From the NCBI GenBank assembly GCA_000708835.1, contig DF236951.1:2388-66387 (forward strand): DNA of 64,000 bases. The letters are read 5' to 3'. Within the stretch, counting starts at the first letter, position 1. Each line of letters opens with the position of its first letter. Shown here piece by piece: positions 11,501 through 23,600 of this stretch. Both the position numbers and the translations under genes were made by a program. Source of the DNA: Klebsormidium nitens. Lineage: Eukaryota > Plantae > Klebsormidiophyceae. The notes beneath the pieces were generated by a model. That model searched no databases. It was not told where the DNA came from and was given only the letters and a program-made list of their open reading frames with translations.

Positions 11501-14500
11501 ATGGGCCCTCCATGCGACGCTTCTTTTCCAATTGCCAGGGCCCTGCTTCTGTGCACCCTGCTCCCTGTCTTTGTCGCTTCATCGGTGGACTATAGCTCAT
11601 ACTCACGAGAGTCGATTGGGGGGAGGAATGTTCTTATTGAAGACCCGACTCCTGCATCAGTTGATGGTGGTCACTCAGAGGTACACCTGCAGGGGGACCA
11701 AGTGGCATGGAGGTTGGTACATCCTCAACGACTTCTGCATTAGCATCCTCAAGACAGCTAGATGGCAAGGCATTGGCTCTTGTTCTCGTTGACCCTTTTT
11801 AAACCCTTCGCTTAGTTTCTTAGGTCTGCTAAATGAATGGGGCCAGTTGTAAATAAGTGGCATGCTTAAACCAAGCGAAGGGTTTAAAAAGGGTCAACGA
11901 CAACAAGAGCTTGTCGAAGAAATGCTAGCCCAAGTTCGCATGAATGCAGACTTGGGATAGTGCTTCAAATCTAATCTACATTTAGCAATTGAAGTTCTGT
12001 TTGGACTGCCACCTCGAATGCAGGTGTCAAGGGCCACTATTCTCCTGTAGGTTGTACTCCTTTCCCTTCTGCATGGGCCTCTGCCATCTGCCTCATGTGC
12101 CTTGTCCTCCGCTCCTGCCAGGCCCCGCCTCCCCCTGCCGCCGGTGGCTGCGGGCGGCGTCCTTGGGTGTGAGCACAGCCGGCAGGGGCGCCACCTCGTG
12201 GTGGACGACACAGGTGAGCTGCCTCGCCCGCAATGCACTGCCAGCATCCCCTGCTGCAGGAAAGGAGGTCATGCCAGGCTCTCTTGATGTTGTGTCTCGA
12301 GAGGAGAAGCTGGAGGCTTCAAGACTCTGATTGACATCACATGCATTCCACGGATGGACAGCATTGTGCGAGATACACTTAGCCTTGTGGTTAGATGTGT
12401 CAATCCCTCACCTTAGCGACCTTTTTGTTTCTTTCACAGGCTTTGTCTGCAGCCGGGCGTCCTTCAATGGCACCTCTGGCTGCTGCATGGAGCAAAACGT
12501 GCGCGACCGCTTTGCTTGCACGTAAGCACGACCCCCCAGAGGACAGACAGCGCTACGCTTGAGATCAAAAAGTTATCACCTGCGATTGCTGAGGAATTGT
12601 GGCGGCCGCTGGCCGCAGTGGCACCCCCACGATGATCCGTGCTGAGAGCGCCCGTCTGTGCTGCAGGAGCTGCGACCCCGACCGCCACTGCTGCAGCCAG
12701 TACGAGTACTGCGTCGCATGCTGCATGGACCCCCTCAAGGTCAGCCCTGTCCAACACGACTCGCTGGTCTGGATCCCTGTGGCACCCCAGTGAGGGCGCA
12801 CCAGCGCATCAGCTGAGTGGGCAGGCAGGAGGGGCCGCTGTGCTGCTGGTGGCCCCCCCTTCTAACGCGGGCTGGTCTGTCCTGTGCAGACGTCACTAGA
12901 GGACGCCTTGTCTGCCCCCATCGCCCACCAACCGAGCGCAAGTAAGGCGGGCTGTACCTTGATGTGAAGCTGGGCATTACCCGGAGGCGTACCACATGTT
13001 GCTGCTGGACTGCTATCTACTCCCTCCCCTCCTCTCTCTCCTTGTAATGCCTCCCAGCCTGGCCGCGCATGGCCTTGTACGCGCTCAGCTGTTCCCCTCG
13101 CTGCTTTCAGAACAACAAGAAAAGCCACATGCAGGACGGCAGCCTCCTGATGCACGCTTATGTCGCCAGGGTGGGCCCACCATTGCCGGCGTGGCCCTGC
13201 CGCCCTGACCCCCCCACTTCTGCGGTGTGCAGAGCCGTTCGACACTGTGTTTGCGCTGTGCCAGAGCCGGTGCCGCTCCAACTCTGACAGCGTGGTGCAC
13301 GAGAATGCGTACAAGAGCGACCTGCACCACTGCTACAGCCTGGCCGGAGGGGGGGAGAACGCCAGTAGCGTGGACGGGGAGCACTTCAAAGGGGAGGTCT
13401 CCGAGTGAGCGCTCCTCACCCTGCAGCCTCTCAACAGTTCGGCCATTTGCCCTGCTAACTTGTTCTAGGACGTTGGCTGATTGTCTCATCGTTTGCAGGG
13501 CAAGAATGAGAGGAGGTCTTAAGTTCCTCATTGCGTTGGACACCAAGATCCTTCTGTGCTGTCAAACAATCAGGATGGGGTATGGGCAACGCCCAACTCC
13601 TGGCGTCTGCCCCTTTTGAAACTCTTCTCAACCTGGTTCCTCCTGATGCCACCCGCCCAGTGCAAGTTTGCTGACGCTGCTCGTGTCGATGCGTTGGGCA
13701 GGCCAGGACAGTCGTGCGAGGAGACGTGCGCGGGGCGGAGCATGCAGTGTCTTGCGGCAGCGCTGCGCACCATCAATACCTGCGACTGGTGAGAGAACTG
13801 ATCCGCGCGCCTTTCCACCCCGAGATGATGTCCGCCCGGTGTGCCGTCAAACAACATGTACGCTGGGACCGAGGCGCACCGCAGCGTTGTAAGCACGCCA
13901 CGGTTGCTGCGGGTCATGTGCGGACTCTCGCCAGATCTGGTGGGACCATCCAGCCCGCTGGCAGAATGATGCCTATCGTGTTTGGGTTCAGATGGCAACT
14001 TGGATGGTTAAAGAAGACGATAGGGGCTCAGAGCGTGGTAGATAAGGCTGGAGTCTCTTTGGAGAGTTGACAACTTTCTTCTAGTTTTTGAAGATTCCAC
14101 AGTTGTCCCACTGGTGATTGCGGGTCTCATTCCTGGTGTCAGGCTGAAGCAGTTCTTCACATGCGATGGCGGCTGCTCCGTTAGTGCCGGGGCCGACCAG
14201 CCCGCGGAGGTGGTCGACGATGCCCCTCCGCATCAGGTGAGCGGACGCGTTGAGGTGGCAGCAAGGGCAGCCTCCCCTTCGTTGCCTGCATACCCAGGGC
14301 TTCGACGGATTCTATAGGCCCTTAGGGAAGGTTCATATCTTGAGAAACAACGTGAAAGGAAAAGATTATAGTTGGATGGAGTGTAGCCTATTCTCAAGGA
14401 TTGTGTCATGATTTAAAAACTTTCAGTTCTCGACTTGATTTGAGCCTTGGCTTTTATTTCGTTTCTTGCAGAGACCGGGAGCTTGCCTGGTGAACGAAAA

Positions 14501-14573
14501 CGAGGAGACATTGTCATGTGAAGGGCGGCATCCAATGACAAGGAGGCTCTGCCCATGTGCAGCTGTGACCTGA
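11501..14573 (+). CDS. SPRING1: SREBP-regulating gene protein (SPRING1/C12orf49/UPF0454)-like Cys-rich type II membrane protein with a plant-type Cys-rich C-terminal extension
   Basis: N-terminal hydrophobic anchor (ALLLCTLLPVFVAS). Exon motifs QGRHLVVDDTG, FVCSRASFNGTSGCC, CCSQYEYCVACCMDP, LCQSRCRSNSDSVVHENAYKSDLHHCY, GRPGQSCEETC, GADQPAEVVDDAP and RPGACLVN..RRLCPCAAVT* (TGA 14571-14573). Some internal exon borders are uncertain. Confidence 0.82.
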
Positions 14574-15459
14574 CTGTCCTTTACGAGCATCGCTTTGCAG
14601 TCGGTCGGAATGCTCCAAAATTTAAGCATCATCTTTTTGGTTTGAAGAACGAAGAATAGTAATCATTCATCGTTATGAAAGAAGGAATGTCATTGTGCCG
14701 AAGAAGTGTGTATCGGATGGCGCCATCATGCCCAAAGCTCCGGCCATGTCAAAGCCATTAATTATGCGATGCCGCAAAACAAGCATACCAGACCCGCCAT
14801 GTCCAGCTGTTTTGACACCTTATTATCATCTCGAGTACGCCCGGTAATGACACATTTTATTCGTTCTCTGATTGGTCGAAATCCTTTACCATTGACTTCG
14901 TTGACCACGAAGTTACCTGATGTAAATCGCACCGCACCCTAAATTGAAATAGAATAAAATCGACACCGTCCAGCTTCCAAGCCAACGGAAGAGATATATC
15001 ATATATGTCAGTGGAGTCCGCCGCACTGAGCGACTACGGTATGCATTGAATCATACCTAAGTAACCTAACTCTTGTCGGCCGGTCTCCCCTAACCCACAA
15101 ACTTAGGTTCAATCTAAAACCCCAGAAAGAAGTGTGAATTTGAGCACAGCATTTGACCCCACTTCAGTGTGATACGGTACCTGGGCAAAAGTCGGAGCTG
15201 GTTAGGTAGATGACCCGGCACTTAATCTGGCATGAAACCCGAGTAAGGTGGCCATTCTCTTTAAAGAGTTCCGTAGTACGGTGTAGTGTCGCATGTGCAA
15301 TGCACCTATGTCATGCACATACATGACATACGTGGTACGAACATATACATTCTCCAGCTTCATGATAAGTGCGGGACCTGTACATTCCGTCACCTGAATG
15401 ATCTCGAACGTATCAGGGAGTCACTCCAAAAAGTTGGAATATATTTGCCAACTGTTTAG

Positions 15460-16115
15460 TGCATCCATACGGGCCTGCTGCAGTGGTGGAACGGCCGCCC
15501 GGGCTGACGCCCCACCTCCGCGCGTCGCCCAGCCCGACCCTGCCCCCGCTGGTTCAAGGGCCTAAGGGTGTAGCCCCCGCAGGTGTAGCTACACCTGCGC
15601 CGCTAACGGGGATAAAGCGGCCCCCCGGCCGGAGACAAACACAAATCATGCCCGGCCCCTGGTAATGCAACCACGTCCGCGGGCCTCACTACGGGGGGCC
15701 CTAAGAAGAAGGAGTTCCCCAGCGACCATATCCTGATTGTCAAAGGGATCAGCCCAGACAAGTGCCTCATTGATTTCACTTGGGACGTCCAGAAACCACA
15801 CTTCGGTGCGGGCTTCGAGCGCCGCACCATTAACTCCAAGGTCGCCCCTTCACCAAACAGGGCCAGCCGAGGCGCATGTGGGGCGCCTGCTTCGGCTCGC
15901 GGGCAGATGTTGACAATGCTTGGGCCGAATACCGTCCCCTCAAGAAAACCCTTCTTGAGACGGGCATCATCATCGAGCGCTGCAAGCCTGACCCGAAGGC
16001 GACAACAAACCGCCCAGCGGGATCGGGGCCAGATCTAGTGGAGAACGCATTGGAGCACAGTCATGCAATTGCGGAAGCTGCGGCGGGGGAGCCTTAGCGG
16101 CGGCTACCGAGGTCG
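15460..16115 (+). mobile_element. Frameshifted remnant resembling a non-LTR retrotransposon ORF1 (RRM-like)
   Basis: Two frames join near 15850 into HILIVKGISPDK..QPRRMWGACFGSRADVDNAWAEYRPLKKTLLETGIIIERCKP, a beta-alpha-beta-beta-alpha-beta pattern like LINE ORF1 RRMs. No splice-consistent gene model. A paralogous fragment lies at ~19829. Confidence 0.5.
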
Positions 16116-16964
16116 GCGCATCAATGCTTACGCCCGAGTAGCGTATTTTCATTTGAGTCCGTTGCTTACGAACGTTATATGCGCTCTCCAGAACGCTCAC
16201 AGTATATTGTTACTCTTGATACAAATGACCGGCCATTTTGCACAACGGAAACGTACTACCACGGCTTTCTAGCAAGCTTGCCGGTTCATATGCTCGCCGG
16301 GTGGTGGTTGAAACACTGAAACATGTGGCAGTTGGTGGGGTATTATGCAACATGCAAATTTGAAAGAACATCATGTCTTGTATAAAAAGAATGTCAACAG
16401 CTCTTGCATACCCAGCGATCATGTGTGCCACGCAGCCCGCATACATGCGTTAAGACTGACAAACTGTTAACAAGGGCGAAGGAACTTACAGAGTGTTAGC
16501 ATACTTTCACGGTGCGGTCTAGTTGATTTGGAGGATTCAATATCGCTGGCCCCCAATTTCAACCGCCAACTGACTGCAGTGCCAGGCTGCAACCTGAAAG
16601 TTGACTCGTCTCTTATCAAGCCAGTATGACATAAGTAATCCATGGCATCTTGTTGCATGATTGTAAAGATTTGGAGTCGTGCACGACGAGAACCGTCTGT
16701 GTCCTCAAGGCCGTGAACATGTTAGAGGAACTCCAGTTGATTTGAACGAGAATCCACTCCTGATCGAGATGGTCGAACAAGTAGTCCCGAGGTTCAGGAC
16801 AATCCAATCATCAGATGCAGAAGCAGGACTCAAGAGCTTTTCAATACTTCCATTTCCAATGCATGCGTTACGAACCTGCAAAATCACTGCAAAGCTTCCG
16901 ATGTCTGGACCACATCAGACCCGACCATAATCTTCTTATTGCCTCCATCTTTGGTTTGACCCGT

Positions 16965-19390
16965 CTACTGATTTGCAAAGCTGACTCCCTTGTCGATGCT
17001 AGCCTTGAGCTCGGCCTTCAAAGCCTCCAGCCCCTTCTGCTCATATGCACTGAGCGTGCCCAGGCCCATAACCTCCTCTGCACCAGACGGGCCCAGCCGC
17101 ACCTGCACAGAGAGACACCCCACAGAGGTACAACTCAAGGATGGGACAACGGACTGGTGGCTCCCGTCTACACCAGAGACCGGCTCCTTCTGAAAGGAGT
17201 TGGTCCAGATGACTCAAAACCCATGCTGGCACTGAACTTTCCAGGCTCTTGGAGATAACTCCGCTCCTTATTCCGGAAGGTCAAAGAAAGATGGAACAAG
17301 CTCTCGATCTGTTGGAGTTCTGGATACATTCCCCCCTCCAACACCCACTGGAAGCCCCTTACGCCACGCAGAAAAGGCAAAAGACGCTGGAATGCATTGT
17401 GCCCATACGATGAAAGCCTGGGACAACGGACTCTAAGGTTTGTGCAGACAGTGCGATGCCTCCTGCTGACATGCTAGGGAATGTGCTTTTCCAGGTGCAT
17501 ATTGACGGTGCAACCCCCCCCCAAAGCACATGGCAGTGGCCCACCTTTGAAGAGAAGTACTGCAGGCCTGGGACCACGCTGGACTCCACGTACGCACACT
17601 GCACTTGGTCGGTGGCGCCATTGAGGCCCTTCAGGACGGCGTCAGCGAACAAGGCGCCAGCATAGCTGCACAGGAGGAGGGGCCCCTTAGCCCAGAGCCA
17701 CTCGTCGTCCTCAGCTGCCCATGCTCTGCCCATTCAGCAATCAAGACGAGTCCAGCTCCACCAAGGTTGCCCAACATTTTGAGGAACCGGTGTGCGTGTG
17801 CCCTCCCGCCACTCACGCCATTGACAACGTTGCCGAGCCCTTGCCCGCCTTGGCCTGCACGACCTCCGTGCCACCATCCTGGGTCCGCTTCGTCAGGGCC
17901 TCCAGCTCCTCATCAGTCAGAGTGACGCTCGGGGTAGCCTGCACGACAGGCAGACAAAACCATCAGCCCCCCGGGTGAACAGCCTGTCACACATGCACAC
18001 CATATACGACCAAACAAGCGTGGCGCAGAGGCCGTCAAGAAGCAGGTCCTCAGAATGTTCAGAGCCGAGGCAGGGCGCGGGTAGACTGGTCTCTGTGGCT
18101 GGTGCTCACCTGTGAGAAGAGGGGCAAGATGGTGACCCCAGCATGGCCACCAACCACAGGGACATCAACCGCTGCACAAGCAAAGCCACAATTAAGTCTG
18201 TGGCTCCCAAGGAAAGGCTTCAGAATACATTGACCAATTTTGCATTCTCTTCAGGATCCTACTTGCAGGGCAAGAGGCGCACGCACTCCGTTCTCACATG
18301 CGATCCCTAGTAGCAATTCCACTCACATTGCACATCCAAGCCCTTCTTTGCTGCCAGGAACGTCCTTGCCCGCACAACGTCCAAAGTGGTCACGCCAAAC
18401 AGTCGCTTGGGATCGAAGGTGCCGGCCTTCTTGAACGTCTCCGCAGCAATGGGAACTGTGGAATTGACCGGGTTGCTGATGACCGTCACCATGGCAGAGG
18501 GGCTGTACTTGGCAATTGCCTCGGCCAGGGTCTTGACAATTCCCGCATTGATGTTGAACAGGTCGTCACGCGTCATGCCGGGCTTGCGCGGCACGCCCGC
18601 CGGGATGATGATCACATCCGCACCAGTCAGGGCGGCCTCCAGCTCCTCAGGCCCAGTGTGGCCGGTGGTCTGCGCAAGCAATGGTGGTGGTCATCGCAAG
18701 GAGATACATGTGACCAGCAGACAGTGCCTCTATGCCAGGGCATCCAGAAGAAGCTGCTGCAGGGATTGGATTGCAGAAGTCTGATTAACATCATCTGCAT
18801 GGACTGAACTGCATAGAGCAAACGGTGGTGCAGAAAGGTCAAGTGACAATTGAAGCTATTTAAATCAGCGGATACCTCTGCAGTGGTGTTAATGTGGCTG
18901 ATGTCAGCAGCTACCCCCGCAGTCCCCGCAACATCGTACAGCGCCAATTTGCCAACAGCAGGATTCAACTTCATGAGCAGCCCTGCACAAGGTCAAATGG
19001 TAGAATTTTAATCAGAATCTGCTGATGCTGCGCGTGTCACTCTGGACAAGGAGAGGTGTGCAGAGGCATCATTCAGCCTTTACCAAACCAATAGCCACAC
19101 ACCAATGATCAACACCGTATAAGACACTTTGGCTCTCCATCCCTTCCAACATGGCAATTCACTATGGCCCGCACAAAGTCTGCACCAATGCATAGCCCCT
19201 CCCACCAACCCCCTTGGATCCAAAATAACCATCAGAACGAAACAGAAAAGTTACCTAAGGGTTGCCCAATGCCGCCTCCTGCTCCAAGGATTGCCACCTT
19301 CCTCTTCTGGTCAGCCGCAGATGACATAGAGCGCTGCAGCGGAGGAACCGCCTGGCGCAAAGCGGGCAGAATCTGCTTCAGGAACGCCAT
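16965..19390 (-). CDS. mMDH: NAD-dependent malate dehydrogenase, mitochondrial
   Basis: 7 exons. Presequence [24 protein letters not shown], then [104 protein letters not shown]. Ends [13 protein letters not shown] (TAG 16965-16967). Confidence 0.96.
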
Positions 19391-19828
19391 GCTGCTCAGT
19401 TACCGGTATCAGGCGAACGGTGATGTTGATCCGAAAAGGGATCTAGAAGTTTGAGGACTTTGGACAGGATGCTGCTCAGATTCAGCCTTCAGGATCTCGA
19501 CCTCATGCAGAACAAATCGATCATCTACCGTGCAATGCCATATGCAAGCCTGGTACCACCTGGTACCCAGGTATATGATAGCGGGAGCCTGAAGGTATCT
19601 ACCGGTAGGTACCGTAGCCTTAACGCTGTCTCTACGTATACTAGCCTAGGTACTGTCTCCATGCCTCCTCCCACCCTCCTCCATTGCTCCATGCCAGAAT
19701 GCCAGGCCTCCTCCATTGCTCCAACATTGATATAAGCCCCAACTTGATGTACATTGCGAGGAATTATTCAACCTTCAGCAAGTGTCCAATCTTGTTGCCA
19801 AGCCACCTAGCTTCTTTCGGCGACGGAG

Positions 19829-19985
19829 CTAGTGGACAATGCACTGGAGCACACCCGGGCACTTGCGGAAGCCGCGGCGGGGGAGTTGGCGGCGGCTACC
19901 GAGGTCAGCCTTAGCAGCGAGGAGTCTAACGCCATTACCGACCTTATCTACAACCGCTTCGGCAAGGGCAAGGACAAGGAGTAGT
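19829..19985 (+). repeat. Second, shorter fragment of the same ORF1-like repeat family as 15460-16115
   Basis: ctagtggacaatgcactggagcacacccgggcacttgcggaagccgcggcgggggag..gcggcggctaccgaggtc matches ~16036-16113 (LVDNALEHTRALAEAAAGE versus LVENALEHSHAIAEAAAGE), same orientation. Confidence 0.6.
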
Positions 19986-20163
19986 CACCTAGTTGGAGCA
20001 CTCAGATGTATCGGGTCAACTCGGAGGTAGTCTCATAGTCGCATTCGAGCCCCGTTGCATACAAGCATTTATTTGCTTTGCACAACGCCATGATCGAGTG
20101 GCACACCATGCATGCTAGTTGAATTGCTTGTTAGCCGCCATGTAGCATTAGGGTTTGCATATC

Positions 20164-20214
20164 TTGCTGGACATGACTCGTAGCATTAGCAAGTTGCTGG
20201 ACATGACTCGTAGC
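20164..20214. repeat. Perfect 21 bp direct duplication (period 30)
   Basis: ttgctggacatgactcgtagc at 20164-20184 and 20194-20214. Confidence 0.9.
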
Positions 20215-20688
20215 CGTAGGAAGTTGCAAAGTCAAAAACAAATTCCCGGCCGCGCCGGAGACCATGCTCCACAGCCATGGCGGCTAATTGGGCGATAATA
20301 AATTGGAAGTTACCATCGGACCTAAGTCGATAATGCTTCAATCTCATGTGCAGATATAACAAACTTCGGAAGTAAAAAGAGGTCTTATTTGCTCGAAGGG
20401 TGCATGCATATGCTTGACAACATTCTCGATTCGCAACATACATCTAGCACTACCGTTGATATCTCATTTCTAGTTTATCAATGTCAATGACAATGTATCG
20501 TGTATTGCAAGACCTAGAACAATTGCACCTAGGGAAAGTCTGACACTAATCAATCAGTTCAACATGTTGTTGAAGCTCTATTTTACCCCTGCATCGAAGA
20601 AGGCGACCGGGCCTCTTTCGAGAGTTTGAAAACCAAGGGAACGCGGGCTGGGCATCCTAGAACTTTACCTACAACGAGCCCCTCTCCT

Positions 20689-23600
20689 TCAAGGGGACAA
20701 TACTAGGGCTTTTATTGTTCCCTGACTATTTGCGGCTAGCATTGTAGAGCTGTCTTCCTTCCAACATACAGCACTGATAAAGTGTCCAGCGTCATCTTCG
20801 CTTTCTTCCCCTGTAACAGGATCTGTGCAGCCAAACTTGTGAACTGCAGCGGCTTTCGACATAGCCTGCACGGAAAGCCAAAAATGTCGCTCAAGAACAG
20901 CATGCTCAACGACGACTTCGCTCACGTTTTGCTGCAAAAAGTTGTGCTTACTACATACAATCTGCTACTGCGTGCAAGAGATGGAAGATCATGTGTGCCT
21001 TGCTCAAAAAGGCTGTCAGGTGTCAATGTCTCCTTGAAGCGGTCAGAAGAAGGGCCCTTACCTTATAATACACATAAATCTCGTTTGTCTCACTGCCGCA
21101 GGTGACGTAATCCTTGTTGACGGATAGACCCACAAAGTTCTTCTCGTTGGTGTGGCCCCTCAATGTTCGCATCTGGAAATGAAGCAGAACGTTTCTGTCA
21201 TGCACTGAGAGGGCACGAGATTGGGAAAACTGTTCTGAGACTGAGATTGCCTCACAACCGATTCAAGGCGTCCAAGGCTTCAACGCAAGCAGCTAAACGA
21301 AGGCTAATATTCATTACGGGGAGCGCACGTGCGGTCCCGCAAACAAAGAAGATCTCCGAAAAAGAGCTTTTCGGTGTTCAAGATGAACGATCTCGATCTT
21401 CCGTTGGTCCATACCACCCCCCCTATCCACCTTCGATGAATCCCAACCCAGCAGACTAAGCGGCTCAACGATTTGCCCCTGAAATCTCCCGCTCTGACTA
21501 CTAGGACCGGCCGGGCTAGCTCACCAAGCAGTTCTCTTTCACGTCCCATAGCCGCAGCGTGCTGTCGGTGGACGCTGAGGCGAGCTCAGTCTCATTGATG
21601 AACTTGACATAAGACACCGCCTTCTTATGACCCATAAACACAAACAGCGGCTCCTGCGGCTTGCGAAGATCGAAGTAGTGGATGTGGTGGTCGGCCGAGC
21701 CCACCTGCATCAAAGTTGAGACGACTCAGGTTCCCCAAGATATAACAATTTCAACGGCCCAAAAACCGACTCTCCAGTTTGAAGCTGGCAACTCAGGCCA
21801 ACTCCCCGTTCTGAGGCTGGAAGCGCTGAAGCAGAAGTGAAGTGCAAGCCTCTCTCATGCTTCTGAACAGGAAACGCCGTCTGAATCTGCTCAGGTAGGT
21901 TGACACGCTCAGTCTAGCGGAAACGGGTCCAGCGTGTTTGGGTTCCACACGAGCAAACACTTGCTCTTCCCGATGTCGGGTGTTCTGGGCCTCACCGCCA
22001 CGAAGTTGCTGGACCCCGGGTTGTACTTGACGCAGCAAATATTGGCCTTCATGTCGATGTTGAGCACGCTGTTCTCCTCGCGCGTGCTCCACACCTTGAC
22101 CTTCCCGTCGTCGCTTCCCGACACCAGCTGCGTCGGCTCCGTGCGGCTGAAGTCCACGCTCCAGGCGCGCTTCTCGTGCTCCTCGTACTCCATCACGGAC
22201 TGGCACGTGTTGATGTCCCACACGGTGACGATGCCCTCGTAGTCGCTGCTGGCGATGTGCGCCTTGATGTACTTGTTCCAGCTCAGGCAGCTCAGCTTGG
22301 AGCGCGTCGACATCTCCACCACGGGGCAGTGCACGTCCGCCATCTCGTTCACCACCGTCGTGAACTCAAAAACCTTGATGCGCCGCGACACGCCAGCCGT
22401 CGCAAACAACTCGTTGTCCCGGTCAAACTCGATGCTGCGGCACACGGTCAACCAATCAGCAAGCAGCACATCAAACTCTTGCTCGCCAGAGCCCACAAAA
22501 CGAAATCATGGGTTCTTGAACCACGGAGAACTGTACGCTCAATCTTTAACGGCATAGAGCAGAAGGTTGCCTCTCAACACACAGCCGCGTGTATCAACAG
22601 CTGACCTCTACATTGTGCAGGCACGATTAAAAGGCAGATGAAGGCAGAGATCAAAAGGCAGATGAAGGCAGAGATCAAAAGGCGATGAAGGCAGAGCGCG
22701 ACAAATATAGGCAGCTGATGGAAGCAACAGGAGCACTTCCCACCTGGAGACGATGTTGGATGAGTGGAACAAGTCGCCGTGCCGCAACTCAGCCACGACC
22801 CGGAGTTGACTGCAGGGAAGAAACCCGGCAGTCAGGCTACTCGCCAGGTGAATACCAACAGGAACGGAACGATCACATATGCACCAGACAGTATACAGGA
22901 AGGACGATCCAAGAAGTGCCCTCGCAGGAGTTGAGCCAGAGACAAAGGTTCGCTGTGGGTGTGGTACTGACCTGTATTTGGTGTAGGCAGACAGGATGTG
23001 CGAGAACTGGTCCAAGCCGGTGGCCCGCCCGTGCTTGTCCCTGGCCCGCCCTGCTGGCGCAGCGGCAGGCTCCCCAGGGCCAGGCACCGCCTCCTTCTCA
23101 GCCTCTTGCACGCGTGCGCTCTTGCGCCGCTGGTTCAAGTAGACCGCCTGAAGGTCGTCAAACTGCAAACAAGCAAGGCAGATGAGTGGGGCGCGGACAG
23201 GGCAGCCTTGCTCGTACATACACCGCCGTAATGTGCAGATTTGCACACATCAAGCCAGCCATGGCAAAAGCACCTCAGGATGGAACATCCTTACTTTTCC
23301 TGCACAATACCCACCTTTTCAGGTCTATCTTTTGCTGTTGCCCGTTACTGCGCCCCACACTTCGAAAAAAGTACGGCTCTCTGCCAAGGAAATCGCCCAG
23401 TCCTAACCATTGGCAGATTCCAAGTAAGTTGAGGCCCAATGCCAACAGAGATATTATCTGCTCTGTCCACCAGATCTTGACGCCACTGGGACTGCTGGCT
23501 TGCCCTGAGAAAGCAGGAGTTGTGACCCTTTCTATTCTCAAGTCCTGTGTCCTTCTGTGGCGGCAGGCGACGAGCAAGAAGGACAAAGGGGTATGGGTGC

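Noticed and set aside
16210-16446. Minus-strand ORF with DILFIQD resembling a LINE AP-endonuclease motif
   Set aside because: A single short motif, on the opposite strand to the ORF1-like fragment, with no other endonuclease motifs.
20186-20443. Minus-strand 85 aa ORF with faint LINE-ORF2-like words (YRLRS..AVEHG)
   Set aside because: Too weak, and it lacks the downstream CCHC region and tail.
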